A program made the position numbers and the translations under genes. The notes below the pieces were generated by a model, which did no database searches, had not been told where the DNA came from, and was given only the letters and a program-made list of their open reading frames with translations. DNA of 63,636 nt, the filler included, from Rhabdomonas costata (Eukaryota), in assembly GCA_019059605.1 (NCBI GenBank). It is 28 parts of 28 records of this genome, joined end to end, with 100 filler letters (N's around TTAATTAATTAA, not from the genome) between each part and the next. Parts side by side here need not be neighbours in the genome. Positions count along the whole stretch, not along the records: positions 1 to 2,176 come from JAHMHO010005062.1; positions 2,277 to 4,451 come from JAHMHO010005063.1; positions 4,552 to 6,727 come from JAHMHO010005064.1; positions 6,828 to 9,002 come from JAHMHO010005065.1; positions 9,103 to 11,275 come from JAHMHO010005066.1; 23 more parts are not named here. One strand, written 5' to 3'. Below are positions 1 to 10,925 of this stretch, one piece after another (positions within the stretch are counted from its first letter, which is position 1; each line of letters begins with the position of its first letter).

Positions 1-55
1 CAATTTGCCGAGTTCCTTCTCCCGAGTTCTCTCAAGCGCCTTAGAATACTCATCT

Positions 56-86
<31 letters not shown>

Positions 87-568
87 TCGTTAGACTGAAG
101 CTTAGAGGCTTTTCTTGGAACCACTTCCAATTGCTTCGCTCCCGAAGGAGCTCGCGCCACACCCTTGAATTGCGCACCCGGATTTGCCTAAGTGCCATCT
201 CCAATGCAGGGACCGGGACATCCAACACCCGGACAACCTTCCGCGATCCGTCCCCCCATCGCATCTAACAATGGTGCAGGAATATTGACCTGCTTCCCAT
301 CAGCTACGCATTTCTGCCTCGCCTTAGGGGCCGACTCACCCTACGCCGATGAACGTTGCGTAGGAAACCTTGGGCTTTCGGCGAGGGGGCCTTTCACCCC
401 CTTTATCGCTACTCATGTCAGCATTCGCACTTCCGATACCTCCAGCACCCTTTACAAGGCACCTTCGCAGGCTTACGGAACGCTCTCCTACCATGCGTGC
501 AAAGCACGCATCCGCAGCTTCGGTATATAGCTTAGCCCCGTTACATCTTCCGCGCAGGACGACTCGAT

Positions 569-622
<54 letters not shown>

Positions 623-667
623 ACTGTTTTAGCCTTCCCACATCGTTTCCCACTTAACCATGACTTT

Positions 668-700
<33 letters not shown>

Positions 701-1670
701 CTTCACGACGGACGTTAGCACCCGCCGTGTGTCTCCCGTGATAGCACTCTTCGGTATTCGGAGTTTGCTATGGCGGGGTAATCTGCAATAGACCCCCCAA
801 CCATGACAGTGCTCTACCCCCGAAGGTGAGACACGAGGCGCTACCTAAATAGCTTTCGGGGAGAACCAGCTATTTCCAGGTTTGTTTAGCCTTTCACCCC
901 TATCCACAGCTCATCCCCTAATTTTTCAACATTAGTGGGTTCGGACCTCCAGTACGTGTTACCGCACCTTCATCCTGGCCATGGATAGATCACTTGGTTT
1001 TGGGTCTACGCCAGCAACTGAACGCCCTATTCGGACTCGCTTTCGCTACGCCTGCCCTATACGGTTAAGCTTGCTACTGAACGTAAGTCGCTGACCCATT
1101 ATACAAAAGGTACGCAGTCACCCCTTACGAGGCTCCGAGTGTTTGTGTGCATGCGGTTTCAGGATCTATTTCACTCCCCTCCCGGGGTTCTTTTCGCCTT
1201 TCCCTCACGGTACTGGTTCACTATCGGTCGATCACGAGTATTTAGCCTTGGAGGATGGTCCCCCCATCTTCAGACAGGATTTCACGTGTCCCGCCCTACT
1301 TGTCGCACACCTAGTTCTTTCATACTGTTTTCGCCTACAGGGCTATCACCTGCTATGGCCGCACTTTCCAGAGCGTTCGGCTAACAATACAAATAAAGAG
1401 TGCAAGGCTCATCCCATTTCGCTCGCCACTACTTTGGGAATCTCGGTTGATTTGTTTTCCTGCGGTTACTTAGATGTTTCAGTTCACCGCGTTCGCTTCG
1501 CATGGCCTATGTATTCAGCCATGGATACTCCAAAAGGAGTGGGTTTCCCCATTCGGACATCTACGGATCAAAGCTCGTTTGCCAGCTCCCCGTAGCTTTT
1601 CGCAGGCTACCGCGTCCTTCATCGCCTGTGATCGCCAAGGCATCCACCACATGCACTTGTTCGCTTGACC
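1..1670 (-). rRNA. rrl: Bacterial 23S rRNA, 5' portion (Burkholderiaceae-like, with mosaic patches)
   Basis: The reverse complement begins GGTCAAGCGAACAAGTGCATGTGGTGGATGCCTTGGCGATCACAGGCGATGAAGGACG, a typical betaproteobacterial 23S 5' end. Conserved 23S motifs occur throughout. It lies downstream of an ITS carrying two tRNAs and is truncated at the window start. Confidence 0.97.
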
Positions 1671-1949
1671 CTATAACGAGTCTGTCTCGTTACAGGTTGA
1701 GTTCTCGCGTTGTGCCGTATTCCAATTGAGTCAAACTTAGAGTTCGAATCATCTTGAGATACATCGATACAAACACAACCCGGATAACTTCCACGTCCAT
1801 CTCAAGACGCTTCCGCTATCCAAATTACTTACTTCTTCCAGATTGTTAAAGAACGACAGCCGATACGTACTACGTATCCTCTGACTGGCTCAATCGCCAA
1901 TGCAAAATTCTCGGTTCAGTGTCTGAACCAAGCCCTTAGCGTTGGTGAT

Positions 1950-2025
1950 TGGTGGAGGCAGACGGGATCGAACCGCCGACCCCCTCCTTGTAAGGGAGGT
2001 GCTCTCCCAGCTGAGCTATGCCCCC
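1950..2025 (-). tRNA. tRNA at the ITS tRNA-Ala position: Ala-type acceptor stem (G3:U70) but anticodon TAC (Val)
   Basis: Minus strand reads GGGGGCATAGCTCAGCTGGGAGAGCACCTCCCTTACAAGGAGGGGGTCGGCGGTTCGATCCCGTCTGCCTCCACCA: 76 nt, cloverleaf, encoded CCA, anticodon loop CTTACAA. Confidence 0.9.
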
Positions 2026-2063
2026 ATGAGTACAGATTTGCCTCAGGTGTTACCGCCAGACAA

Positions 2064-2140
2064 TGGTGGGTCTGGTTGGATTCGAACCAACGACCCCCGC
2101 CTTATCAAGACGGTGCTCTAACCGACTGAGCTACAGACCC
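2064..2140 (-). tRNA. tRNA-Ile(GAT) in the 16S-23S spacer
   Basis: Minus strand reads GGGTCTGTAGCTCAGTCGGTTAGAGCACCGTCTTGATAAGGCGGGGGTCGTTGGTTCGAATCCAACCAGACCCACCA: anticodon GAT, CCA end. Confidence 0.97.
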
Positions 2141-2176
2141 AACTGTATTCACTCTTGCTCTTTGCTCAAAAAACCC

Positions 2177-2276
2177 NNNNNNNNNNNNNNNNNNNNNNNN
2201 NNNNNNNNNNNNNNNNNNNNTTAATTAATTAANNNNNNNNNNNNNNNNNNNNNNNNNNNNNNNNNNNNNNNNNNNN
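2177..2276. other. Artificial contig spacer (first of 27)
   Basis: 44 N + TTAATTAATTAA (stops in all six frames) + 44 N. The same spacer starts at 4452, 6728, 9003, 11276, 13551, 15844, 18119, 20394, 22668, 24953, 27227, 29499, 31773, 34047, 36321, 38594, 40861, 43134, 45407, 47680, 49952, 52259, 54548, 56820, 59093 and 61365. Confidence 0.99.
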
Positions 2277-5200
2277 TGGTGGGGGGGGGTCGAGTTTCAG
2301 CCTCGCACCATCATGGGAGCGTGTTTAACGGTTTAACATCGATAAGACGATAAGGTTCAAAACTATGCTGGTCGGCTCGATTGCCATAAGCCTCCCTCGT
2401 GTGCTTTTGAGGGCGACGACGTTTTGACAACCCGAGCTCCCCCACTCCCCCCAGACAACTTTCCGCCTTTCTTTCTTTCTTTCCGCCTTTGCCCTTGGCG
2501 GCCGCACCACTGACTTTTGCCACTAATGTAACTCTGTCCCTTTGTGTGGCTTATCCTGAGAACCGTTCATCGCCCTTCCTGGTCAAATTCACCAAGTCAG
2601 CTGCTAACACAGCAGAAATACCCAGGAAAGGTATCCCAATACAAAACCTCCAGTATTGCATAGCGCACAGTTCACCAACGTTAAACCGCTTAACACCGCG
2701 TTAAACGTTCAATGATGGTTTCCTGGTTTGTAGGTCTTTTTATGAATTACCGTTTAACATGCGTTGTTTATCAACAAGTTTTGTCGTGTCTTTTTCTCTT
2801 TCCATTTTCTGTGCGAGGTTCCCAAGGTGGACTTTAGGGAAGTGGAGAGCCGTTTCGCATGTGGGGTGGCATTGATTACTTTGTGTTGCATTGCAGGAAA
2901 CCTTCGAGAGAGACCACAAGCAGGCGTTTGCGAGATTTTTGGTGGAGACGCGCCGAGCTTGTATCTGCATTTCTCGTGTTTTCTTTTTGGGCTGCACATT
3001 TTATTTCCTCCGTGTGAGCTTGGTCAATCACAATTGCTTCCAGTGTCGTCCACCTACTCCATAGAGTTTTTCTCTCCTCATCGCCCTCATCGCCCAGCTC
3101 TGTTCGCATTTTTTTCCGTCCAAGTGAATGCCGCGCCGGCACCCCGCGGCACCTGACAGTGCTATAGGACCCCCTGTGCGAGCACCCTGCGGGTATGTCT
3201 CCAAACGATGGCAGAGTCGTTCAGAGTCACAGAGCCGCGGCCTGACGGTCGTTTTGTTTCCTTTGTGGGATTCAGCATCTCCAATGAGCGGTCCTGTTTT
3301 TTTTTTTGGTGCGGGGCGGGCGCTTGGCAGATTTCCGTGTGTTGTGGGTTCTGGTGAACAATCGCTCTGCTCTTGTGGACCCCAAAACCAAGAAGGGCGG
3401 GCGCGCCGGCCACTCCAGCGTCTTCCTGTAGTCGGCACCAGCGGGAGTTGGTGACTTCGTTGGGACCTGCGCTCGAGCTTCTGCTCGATTGCGGAGCTCT
3501 GTCTCCTTCCGTTGCTGTGCCTTATTTTCTTCTGTGGTGTGACTTCAACTCGTAGTCTTGCGCAAGTGAGAACAGTGCAGCAACTTCTTGTATCTTTGCT
3601 CTTCTGCCTCTTGGGGTGGTGGTGGTTGTTTTTCAGTATTGAGCACCAACGCGCGGAAGGGTCGATGAGGTAGCAGTCAACTGGAACACTTTTCCCCCGG
3701 GAGTGCTGCAGATTCGAAGGAAGGAAGGAAAGGAGGTAGGTCGGAAGGAAGGGCTATTCATTCTACTGTGCTGAAAGGCGGCCCGAGGTTGGAATAACAC
3801 TGCCGTTGACGGGTGGTTTCATGATTTTGAGATGGTCGATGGTGTGGACAAGGGCGCATTGATCGCCAAGAAACACGGGGAGGGAGCAAAAATGAGAAAA
3901 GGGAGAGTGTGACCATACGATGCTTGGAGGGTCAAAGAGAGAAAGGGATGTCTATGATTTTTTTCAATTTCTTTCTGTTTTCCCATTGTTGCTCTGTGTC
4001 CACGTGTTAAATTGAATGGCAATTTTTAAGTTTGGGCAAGTTTCACCTTAACATGGCCGCTAACGTGGTACACTGCGACTCTGTCCTCTCCTTCCTGAAT
4101 GGATTTCTTTTTGAACAAGTTTTGGTTCCCCCAGGTGGTTCCCTTGCCTCGCTTTTTTTGTTTGGAATTTCCGTTTCTCCGGTTCACTTTTATCACCCTG
4201 TCTCGCACTCCATGAATTCCGAGGCGGTAGGCCCGAGCCCAGGCCCGGGGCCGAATTCCGAAGATCCTCCCAGGTACATTATTTCTCTTTTTCCGCATAA
4301 ATTAAACCCACAAGGCCAGTGGTGGAAGGCCCCCAAGTTGGCCCAGCTGGATCTAGATGGTACTAGATGGCCTAGTTGAGTTGGTTGGTACCCATATAGC
4401 GATGTCTGTAGCTTTGGGCCACGACGGGCCACGTCGGACCACAACAACACANNNNNNNNNNNNNNNNNNNNNNNNNNNNNNNNNNNNNNNNNNNNTTAAT
4501 TAATTAANNNNNNNNNNNNNNNNNNNNNNNNNNNNNNNNNNNNNNNNNNNNAGAGTTTTTTTTAACCACGGCACACCACAGTATGCCGCGAAGAACCACC
4601 GGCATAAATATAGGCTAAAAAGACTTCTGTTCGAAATGTCACATACTAAATTCTCAGTTTCGGGGTGTTACTAGCCTTATCTGAGAGTTGCTTCATCTTG
4701 TTGGTCTGTACTCGTGCACCGAAACGGTGCAGACAACCGTTTTGCTACAATCGGGTGTCGGCCCCATATCGGCGTGTGCCATTAGACATTACTTCTCTCT
4801 AAAAAGGATTATATATCGATCCCCTCGCGATCTTTGGCCCACGGCGTACGACGCCCTTGAAAGTATCCGGACTGTTTTCATACCTCTTTCTGGGCGTCCA
4901 ACCTTCCGCGCAAAAACACTCCACATCGGCCCTGCGTGTGCGGGCACTTTGGGTTAGGGTGCACACCGACTCACATATATGCACACACACAGACCTCACT
5001 GCAGAGTGGCGCGCCATCGGACAGGGGCAAAACTTTCACGGCAGCCTCCAGCTTTTTGGGGGCACAATAAGCTGCAAAGATCTTTCCTTGAACTCCAAAA
5101 CCAACAGACTGCTTGAAGACTACCCAGCTGAGCTGGCCCCGCAGAACAGCGTTCTTGCCGATGTTACTGGCCTCCCCAGGCAGGACAAGAGGGCTACAGG

Positions 5201-6420
5201 AACCCAAGGAGGTGTCCATTGAGGAATTGGGCAGGCTCGGAGGTGCAACCTGCACCTGAATGCGCGAAAGTACGAGGGAACAGCTGCAACCATACCATTG
5301 AAGAAAATGGCTACGAGAACATCATAGGCCTGGACCTGGACATAACCTAACAAAACCACAACAACAAGGTAGAGCACAATTACAACAGAAAATAGTAACG
5401 AGCAACTGTGCAACCAATGGAACAGCGGCCGTGGAAGGAGCTGATGCTTCTGTTGGGAGCACCGGTGTGAGGGTAGGAGCGATCCCAACGGAAGCGGCTC
5501 CTGAAAGGGTCCCTACCATTGAAGGGATGGAGTTGGTTGTCGTGGAAGTATCCTGGGTGACAGTCTCGGAGTTCCTAGTGGGCGTCTCCCCAGCTGAATT
5601 CGGTTCGTCCTTCGGAGAAAACATTGAGGCCATTTTCGGTCGAGGTGATACAAGAGAAAACTGAAAGCTCAAACACACATTCACAATATATTCCCTGTGT
5701 TGGGAACTACAAGATGGGGTGCCCGAAAAACTGTGGTGAGAGACAGCCCCTTCTCCCAGTGCCCCACCATGCTGCAAGCGCTGCATGGTGGGGCCCTCGT
5801 TCGACACGACGCTCTTGAGTTTGGCCAAGCCTTCTGCGCTTTGCAGGGCGACATATGCCTTCGCCGCGGTGGTCGTCTGCTCGGCAGGCGGCCCGCCTCC
5901 TCGCGTTCAGCACCGCGGGGCAAGAATCCAGCAGCACATCACGGCCCACAACTGAGGACAGGCCCCCTCGCACTCCTCTTGCAGGGTGTGAGCCTCTCTT
6001 GAAGGGCTTTGGCCTCTACAAGAGGATTGCTCAGGACCATGATGATCTCAGGACAACGAAAGCTAAAGATCATCTAATTTTCCGCCTGGTTTCCGTCAAT
6101 TATGAGGAAAAGGTTTAATCCCTCTCCTCCTCAAGGAGAGGAGGTGGTAGTCGGGGCTTCCAGAAAGTCTGGCTGCACGATGGGTTTTGGGTATACTTTA
6201 GGAAACAGCTGATTGGGTAAACGCGTTGGCGTTATCAACTTGTGGGCCACCGCTCAAACCCCGCTATTCCTGAACAAGCCAAAAAAAAGGAGTTCACCAG
6301 TGCCCATCCCATCCATCCACGTGGCAATCCTTCAACCCTCAAACTCGAGCAAAACATGCGCCCTAGCTTAAATCTCTGGATCCGCACAGACCACAAATCA
6401 CCGGATCCTTCCGCCACCTT

Positions 6421-6727
6421 AGGCCTTTTCTCTTCCTGCCAATTTCACATTCATCTGCTTCAACCTCAATGTCTTTCCCCCCAAAAGGCTCACAGTCCGA
6501 GGTAGTAGTAGCTTCCCAGGTCATCACACACACCCTAAATCTCTGAGACCAATCAGCCACAGTAGCCTTTCCCAACCCCAACATAGAGACGCTCCTCTCT
6601 CCAGCACAGTCATGAGCCCAGAAGTACGCCATATACAGCCATTGCTTCAAGGTCAAATGGCTACCCTCCAGAATTGAAGAAGACTTCCCGTAAATCTTCT
6701 TTCTGCACTTGTAGCATCTCCGATAAG
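6421..6727 (-). mobile_element. Merlin/IS1595-family DDE transposase fragment
   Basis: Translation YRRCYKCRKKIYGKSSSILEGSHLTLKQWLYMAYFW...TVADWSQRFR...FGGKDIEVEADECEIGRKRKG matches the zinc ribbon, helical region and 'GG....VE.DE..G.RK' first catalytic motif of IS1595/Merlin transposases. Similarity stops after RKRKGL. Confidence 0.8.
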
Positions 6728-7688
6728 NNNNNNNNNNNNNNNNNNNNNNNNNNNNNNNNNNNNNNNNNNNNTTAATTAATTAANNNNNNNNNNNNNNNNN
6801 NNNNNNNNNNNNNNNNNNNNNNNNNNNGTGTGTGGGCGGTCATCTTGTTACGCAAATCTGAATGATTGAAGAAAGTGGCGCACAGTATACGTGGATGTGT
6901 GTGAAACAGAATGTAATTGGTATGTACTACACTCTGTGGCACAGCAGTATAACTCAGATTTATGCAGCGGAGATATCCGAAATTTTCTATTGGTTTGTTG
7001 TCCATATCATGGGTTGTCTGAGTTTTAAATACCGAATATGTCGCTTCGTTGCCCATACAATGGATTCTGAATCATATGAGGAGACATGACATGCCATTGA
7101 GTGGAAATAATGCGTGTTACGACGCTTCACCAATGGTGCGACAGTGTGGTGGATGCTAAACAGACCCTACTTACTGTAATTTTGCACAGTGGACGCTGTA
7201 GCATCCTCAGCATTCTTCAGCTTCAGAATTGAATATGATATTTACCAAGTGAAAAACCTAATTTGGTTTTCGCTGTGTTTATCGCTCTCTTGTTTTGTAC
7301 GCTCTTTCTCCGCGTCATTCCTCCTGGACTTCCTTTGTCCATGACGGATTTCTGAAGGCTTGCTTCTCTATTACATGTCTTGTATATCGCCTGTATATTA
7401 CATGAGTGGGTGCAACCGTGCTTTATGCGACCTAATGTGGTTGTTTACTCTGAAATTTTACCTCCAGTTCTAATAAGAGACATCGCAAAAAAGCACTTTG
7501 CATCACAGTGGTCCAACACAGCAGCATGCTAAGCACGGACTTTGTTATACTGGTTCTCTCCTGTGCTCATGAAAGAATTATACTTCCAAAAACTATCAAA
7601 CCAAAGCGTAAGAAAGCTTTCCAAGCTTAAGATGGACAAAAATTCCAAAACCCGGTGCCATGGACTAGAAGGTGTGGTGTTTTTTCAG

Positions 7689-9002
7689 GAGTGTGGGCTG
7701 AACTCCACTGTGCATGAGCTTCCTGAAACCACAACAATGGACGAGCTTCTGTCCCTCATTGACAAGCTCAACGCGGATCCGGCCATTCACGGCATTCTGG
7801 TGCAACTGCCGCTGCCGGTGTGGAAACAAATACCTCAGCCTTCTTCGCACATCCCCATATGTTCTTCTCTTCTGCTCTTCGCAGTGGCGACGAATGCTAA
7901 TGATATTCAGAATTTGCTTTCCGAAATTCTGGGGACAATTGTATTGGGGGGGGGCGTTAAACGTTCAACGGCGTTTTGAAGCATTTTGAACATTGTGGAT
8001 CGATGGGGACAACATTAGTTTAGGGCGGAGGCCAGCCGCGGCGGTGGCCGCTGGAGCAGACGGATGCATCGGGGACGTGCCATGGGTCTTGCTAAAATTT
8101 GACTTTTGCTGTTTATCAGTGTTAAAAGTTTAACGCCCCACTTCCCCCCAAATACAGCAGCCCCAAATTCTGGAATGTTTTCCATGTCTTGGGTGTTGTG
8201 AGGTTGGCTCTAATTGTTGTACGAGGCATGCGATCCAAGTACTTACAGTGCGGCTGAATGAGTTACGCGGCGTGAGTTTCCTTACACAAGCGGTGCAGCT
8301 GCAATCTTTCTTCTATTATCCTCAACTCGTGGTGACCGTTCACATTTATGTGATATGGTTTTTACAGGAGCACCTCGACGGTGCTGTGGTGATGGAGCGG
8401 GTGGACCCCAAAAAGGACGCGGACGGCGCCCACCCGTTCAACGTCGGCCGGCTATGCCTGCGCTCCCCAACGTTCCGCCCCTGCACCCCCTTTGGGGTAT
8501 TGACACTGCTGCGGCACACAGGTCGTTCCATCGCTTTTTGAACAAAAGGCACAATGCCTCACTGCGCGTGCTGCGACATGTGTATGCTCCCTGAGCGCTT
8601 GTCGCATGATGTGAAAGGTCATATGCTGCCCTAACCTGATGTTAAGTGAATAAATGCAAGGTTGCTCGGGTCACCTGGCAGGGATACCGTGGGTTTGGTT
8701 GTTCTGAGGGCTCGTGAACATATAATATCAACTCTGAAGCCCCTAATGGATATTATCACACTTGGTGCCGACTGGGTACAATTCCTGGCCCCCCGGGCGG
8801 ACTCTAGGTCATACCCATCTCAATCTATTACAGTCCGTGTGCTGTCAAGTTCCCGAAATTGTGTGTAAGATGCCTAGAGTCACTGCTTTTTGGTGTGTTC
8901 CTTCTGCCACACGACAATCTTTTTGGTTTGCAGGGGTGAACCCCTTTGGGCTGGACGCTGTGGTGGTGGGGGCGTCCAACATTGTGGGTCGACCCCCACC
9001 CC
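7689..9002 (+). CDS. folD: Bifunctional methylene-THF dehydrogenase/cyclohydrolase, partial (exons 7689-7817, 8368-8521, 8934-contig end)
   Basis: Spliced product [119 protein letters not shown] introns with matching phases (0, 1). Confidence 0.93.
7919..8175. mobile_element. MITE-like intronic element with imperfect terminal inverted repeats
   Basis: Left arm ttccgaaattctgggg...tgtattggggggggggcgttaaac pairs with right arm gtttaacgcccc...cccccaaataca...ccccaaattctggaa. Related sequence occurs at ~24486-24549 and ~46797-46925. Confidence 0.55.
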
Positions 9003-9948
9003 NNNNNNNNNNNNNNNNNNNNNNNNNNNNNNNNNNNNNNNNNNNNTTAATTAATTAANNNNNNNNNNNNNNNNNNNNNNNNNNNNNNNNNNNNNNNNNN
9101 NNCCTGCGGAGCAGGGGGGAGGATGACGAGTCCAAGTTTTTAGACTCAGTTTTCCCGATCGTTTTTTGGCACCCGCTGCATCGACTTTGTGCGAAGCCAA
9201 GTATGTGACGACGGAGCCACATACAAAAAACCGATTTTTGAGTAAATTTCCGATTCGGAACAATTCTGAAAAATTGTCAGTCAATCATCAATTGTCTAGA
9301 GGAGGGTGGGGGAAGCGTTCCAATCTATTTGCCTGGGCCGTTCTTTTCGGGGCTCCCTCGTATGCTATAGCTTCGGCCCAGCCATGCGCTTCCTGTGGTG
9401 GGGAAGATGAAGGGTGAGGATAATTCTCGGGGTCAAGGCAGAATAACTATCTACCAGGAAGGACGGTGTAGATGTGGGAGGAGTGATTTAATTTTTATTT
9501 CGCTTTTTTTTTTTTTACAACTGCAGGCTCATCAGACGCCTTCTTCAGGTCAACACTCTTACCTACAACGAGATCTCAACAGGCACTGTGACAAAACGAC
9601 CACAGATCACATCAGAATGGCCCCACATTTTTTGTCATATGAGCATGATGTTCCCCATCCAAAGACAATGATGTTTTGATTCAACAAAAAAGCTTGGACC
9701 ACGAAGGAGTGTCAGAAGGCCAAAAACTTGAATAAAAAGTGATCAACCCGACACCTCCAACACATGCGTCAAAGCTCCGCAGAGGCCAAAGATCAGTCGG
9801 GCGGGGTCGTCTTGAATCCTCAAAAAGGAACTGCGAAGTCAGTTGTCATTGTTTTCTCTCTTGCATTTTTCATAAACAATTCTCACTGTTTTCATAAACT
9901 CCTTGGATCAATCAAGATATCGGGCCCCCGCCTCCCTGTTCGCAGCAC

Positions 9949-10925
9949 CATGAGAGAGTCCGGCGGTCAATGTGGAGCTCTGGGAGCTCAACGAGGCCCC
10001 GCGGGTAGCTGGGATGGAGCGGCTCTGCGCCCCACCACCCAGCGCCAGCGCGCTAAGCGGGGGCATGCCCGCGTTGCGCTGCAGCGCCGCGGAGTTCGGG
10101 GTGGAAACCTACACACACACACACACACGAAAGAAGAACAGGTGGCCGTCAGTTATTATAACCGGCACACCCACCCATCCACCCACACTGAGGTGGGTGT
10201 GAAGGGTAAACACTGGTACGGATACTGTCAACGAAATGGGCTCTACATAGCACGGTCTACCACGCTGGTCTCGATTTGGAGTTAATTCGAAGGCAACTCT
10301 GGCCTCACCCTAACCGGGACTGCTGTGGAGAATGGGGGCCAGCAGGTGCTTGGTTGGGGAGTTGCCTGAAGATGACAGAGTATCGAATAGTCGCGAGGTA
10401 AATTGAGATGATGGCGGAGAAAATCAGACCCATCCACCCTCCCTCACACACACACACACACACCGTTCTCTTCCCCCTAGTAGTAGGCGCAAAGGCCGTG
10501 ACGAATGGAGGACCTTTCTCTTGATTCCAGGGGAAGGGCAGAGAGAATAGACCGCTTGGACCGCTGCTTGCTCAGGGACTCACTCTACATGACCACCTCT
10601 ACCCGTGACCAAAATAGCAATGCACCGACCCACAGGCGGCAGAAATAAGAAAGGAGAGAGGGGAGAGAAGGGGTAAAAACTCCGCAAATGTCTGTCTTCT
10701 TCTTATTATTCCTTAGTGAGGTTCTTCAGTGAATAAACGGCTCTGTCACTTGTCCGCGTGGGCGCTGGGTGGGCTTGTGAGCACCTGCGAGCTCTGCGAG
10801 GCATGCCGGGAGCCAGCCCACAGTGGGGTCACCGCGCCGCTATTCAGGGAGGAGGAGGCCCACAGAGGGGTCAGGCTGCTCTGCGAGGGGTGCCGAGAGC
10901 CCATCACCACGGGGGTCACTGCGTG
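9949..10925 (-). CDS. Ser/Pro-rich hypothetical protein, probable exons (~10750-10921 and 9949-10108)
   Basis: GC-rich open segments bounded by AG/GT: AVTPVVMGSRHPSQSSLTPLWASSSLNSGAVTPLWAGSRHASQSSQ and VSTPNSAALQRNAGMPPLSALALGGGAQSRSIP. No recognisable domain. Confidence 0.45.

Noticed and set aside
5..1729. ORFs listed over the first contig
   Set aside because: They are antisense or shadow frames of the 23S rRNA and have no protein features.
2221..2232. Regularly spaced TTAATTAATTAA motif every ~2.27 kb, suggesting a repeat array
   Set aside because: It is always centred in 44+44 N. It is an artificial six-frame-stop linker, and the regular spacing reflects length-sorted contigs.
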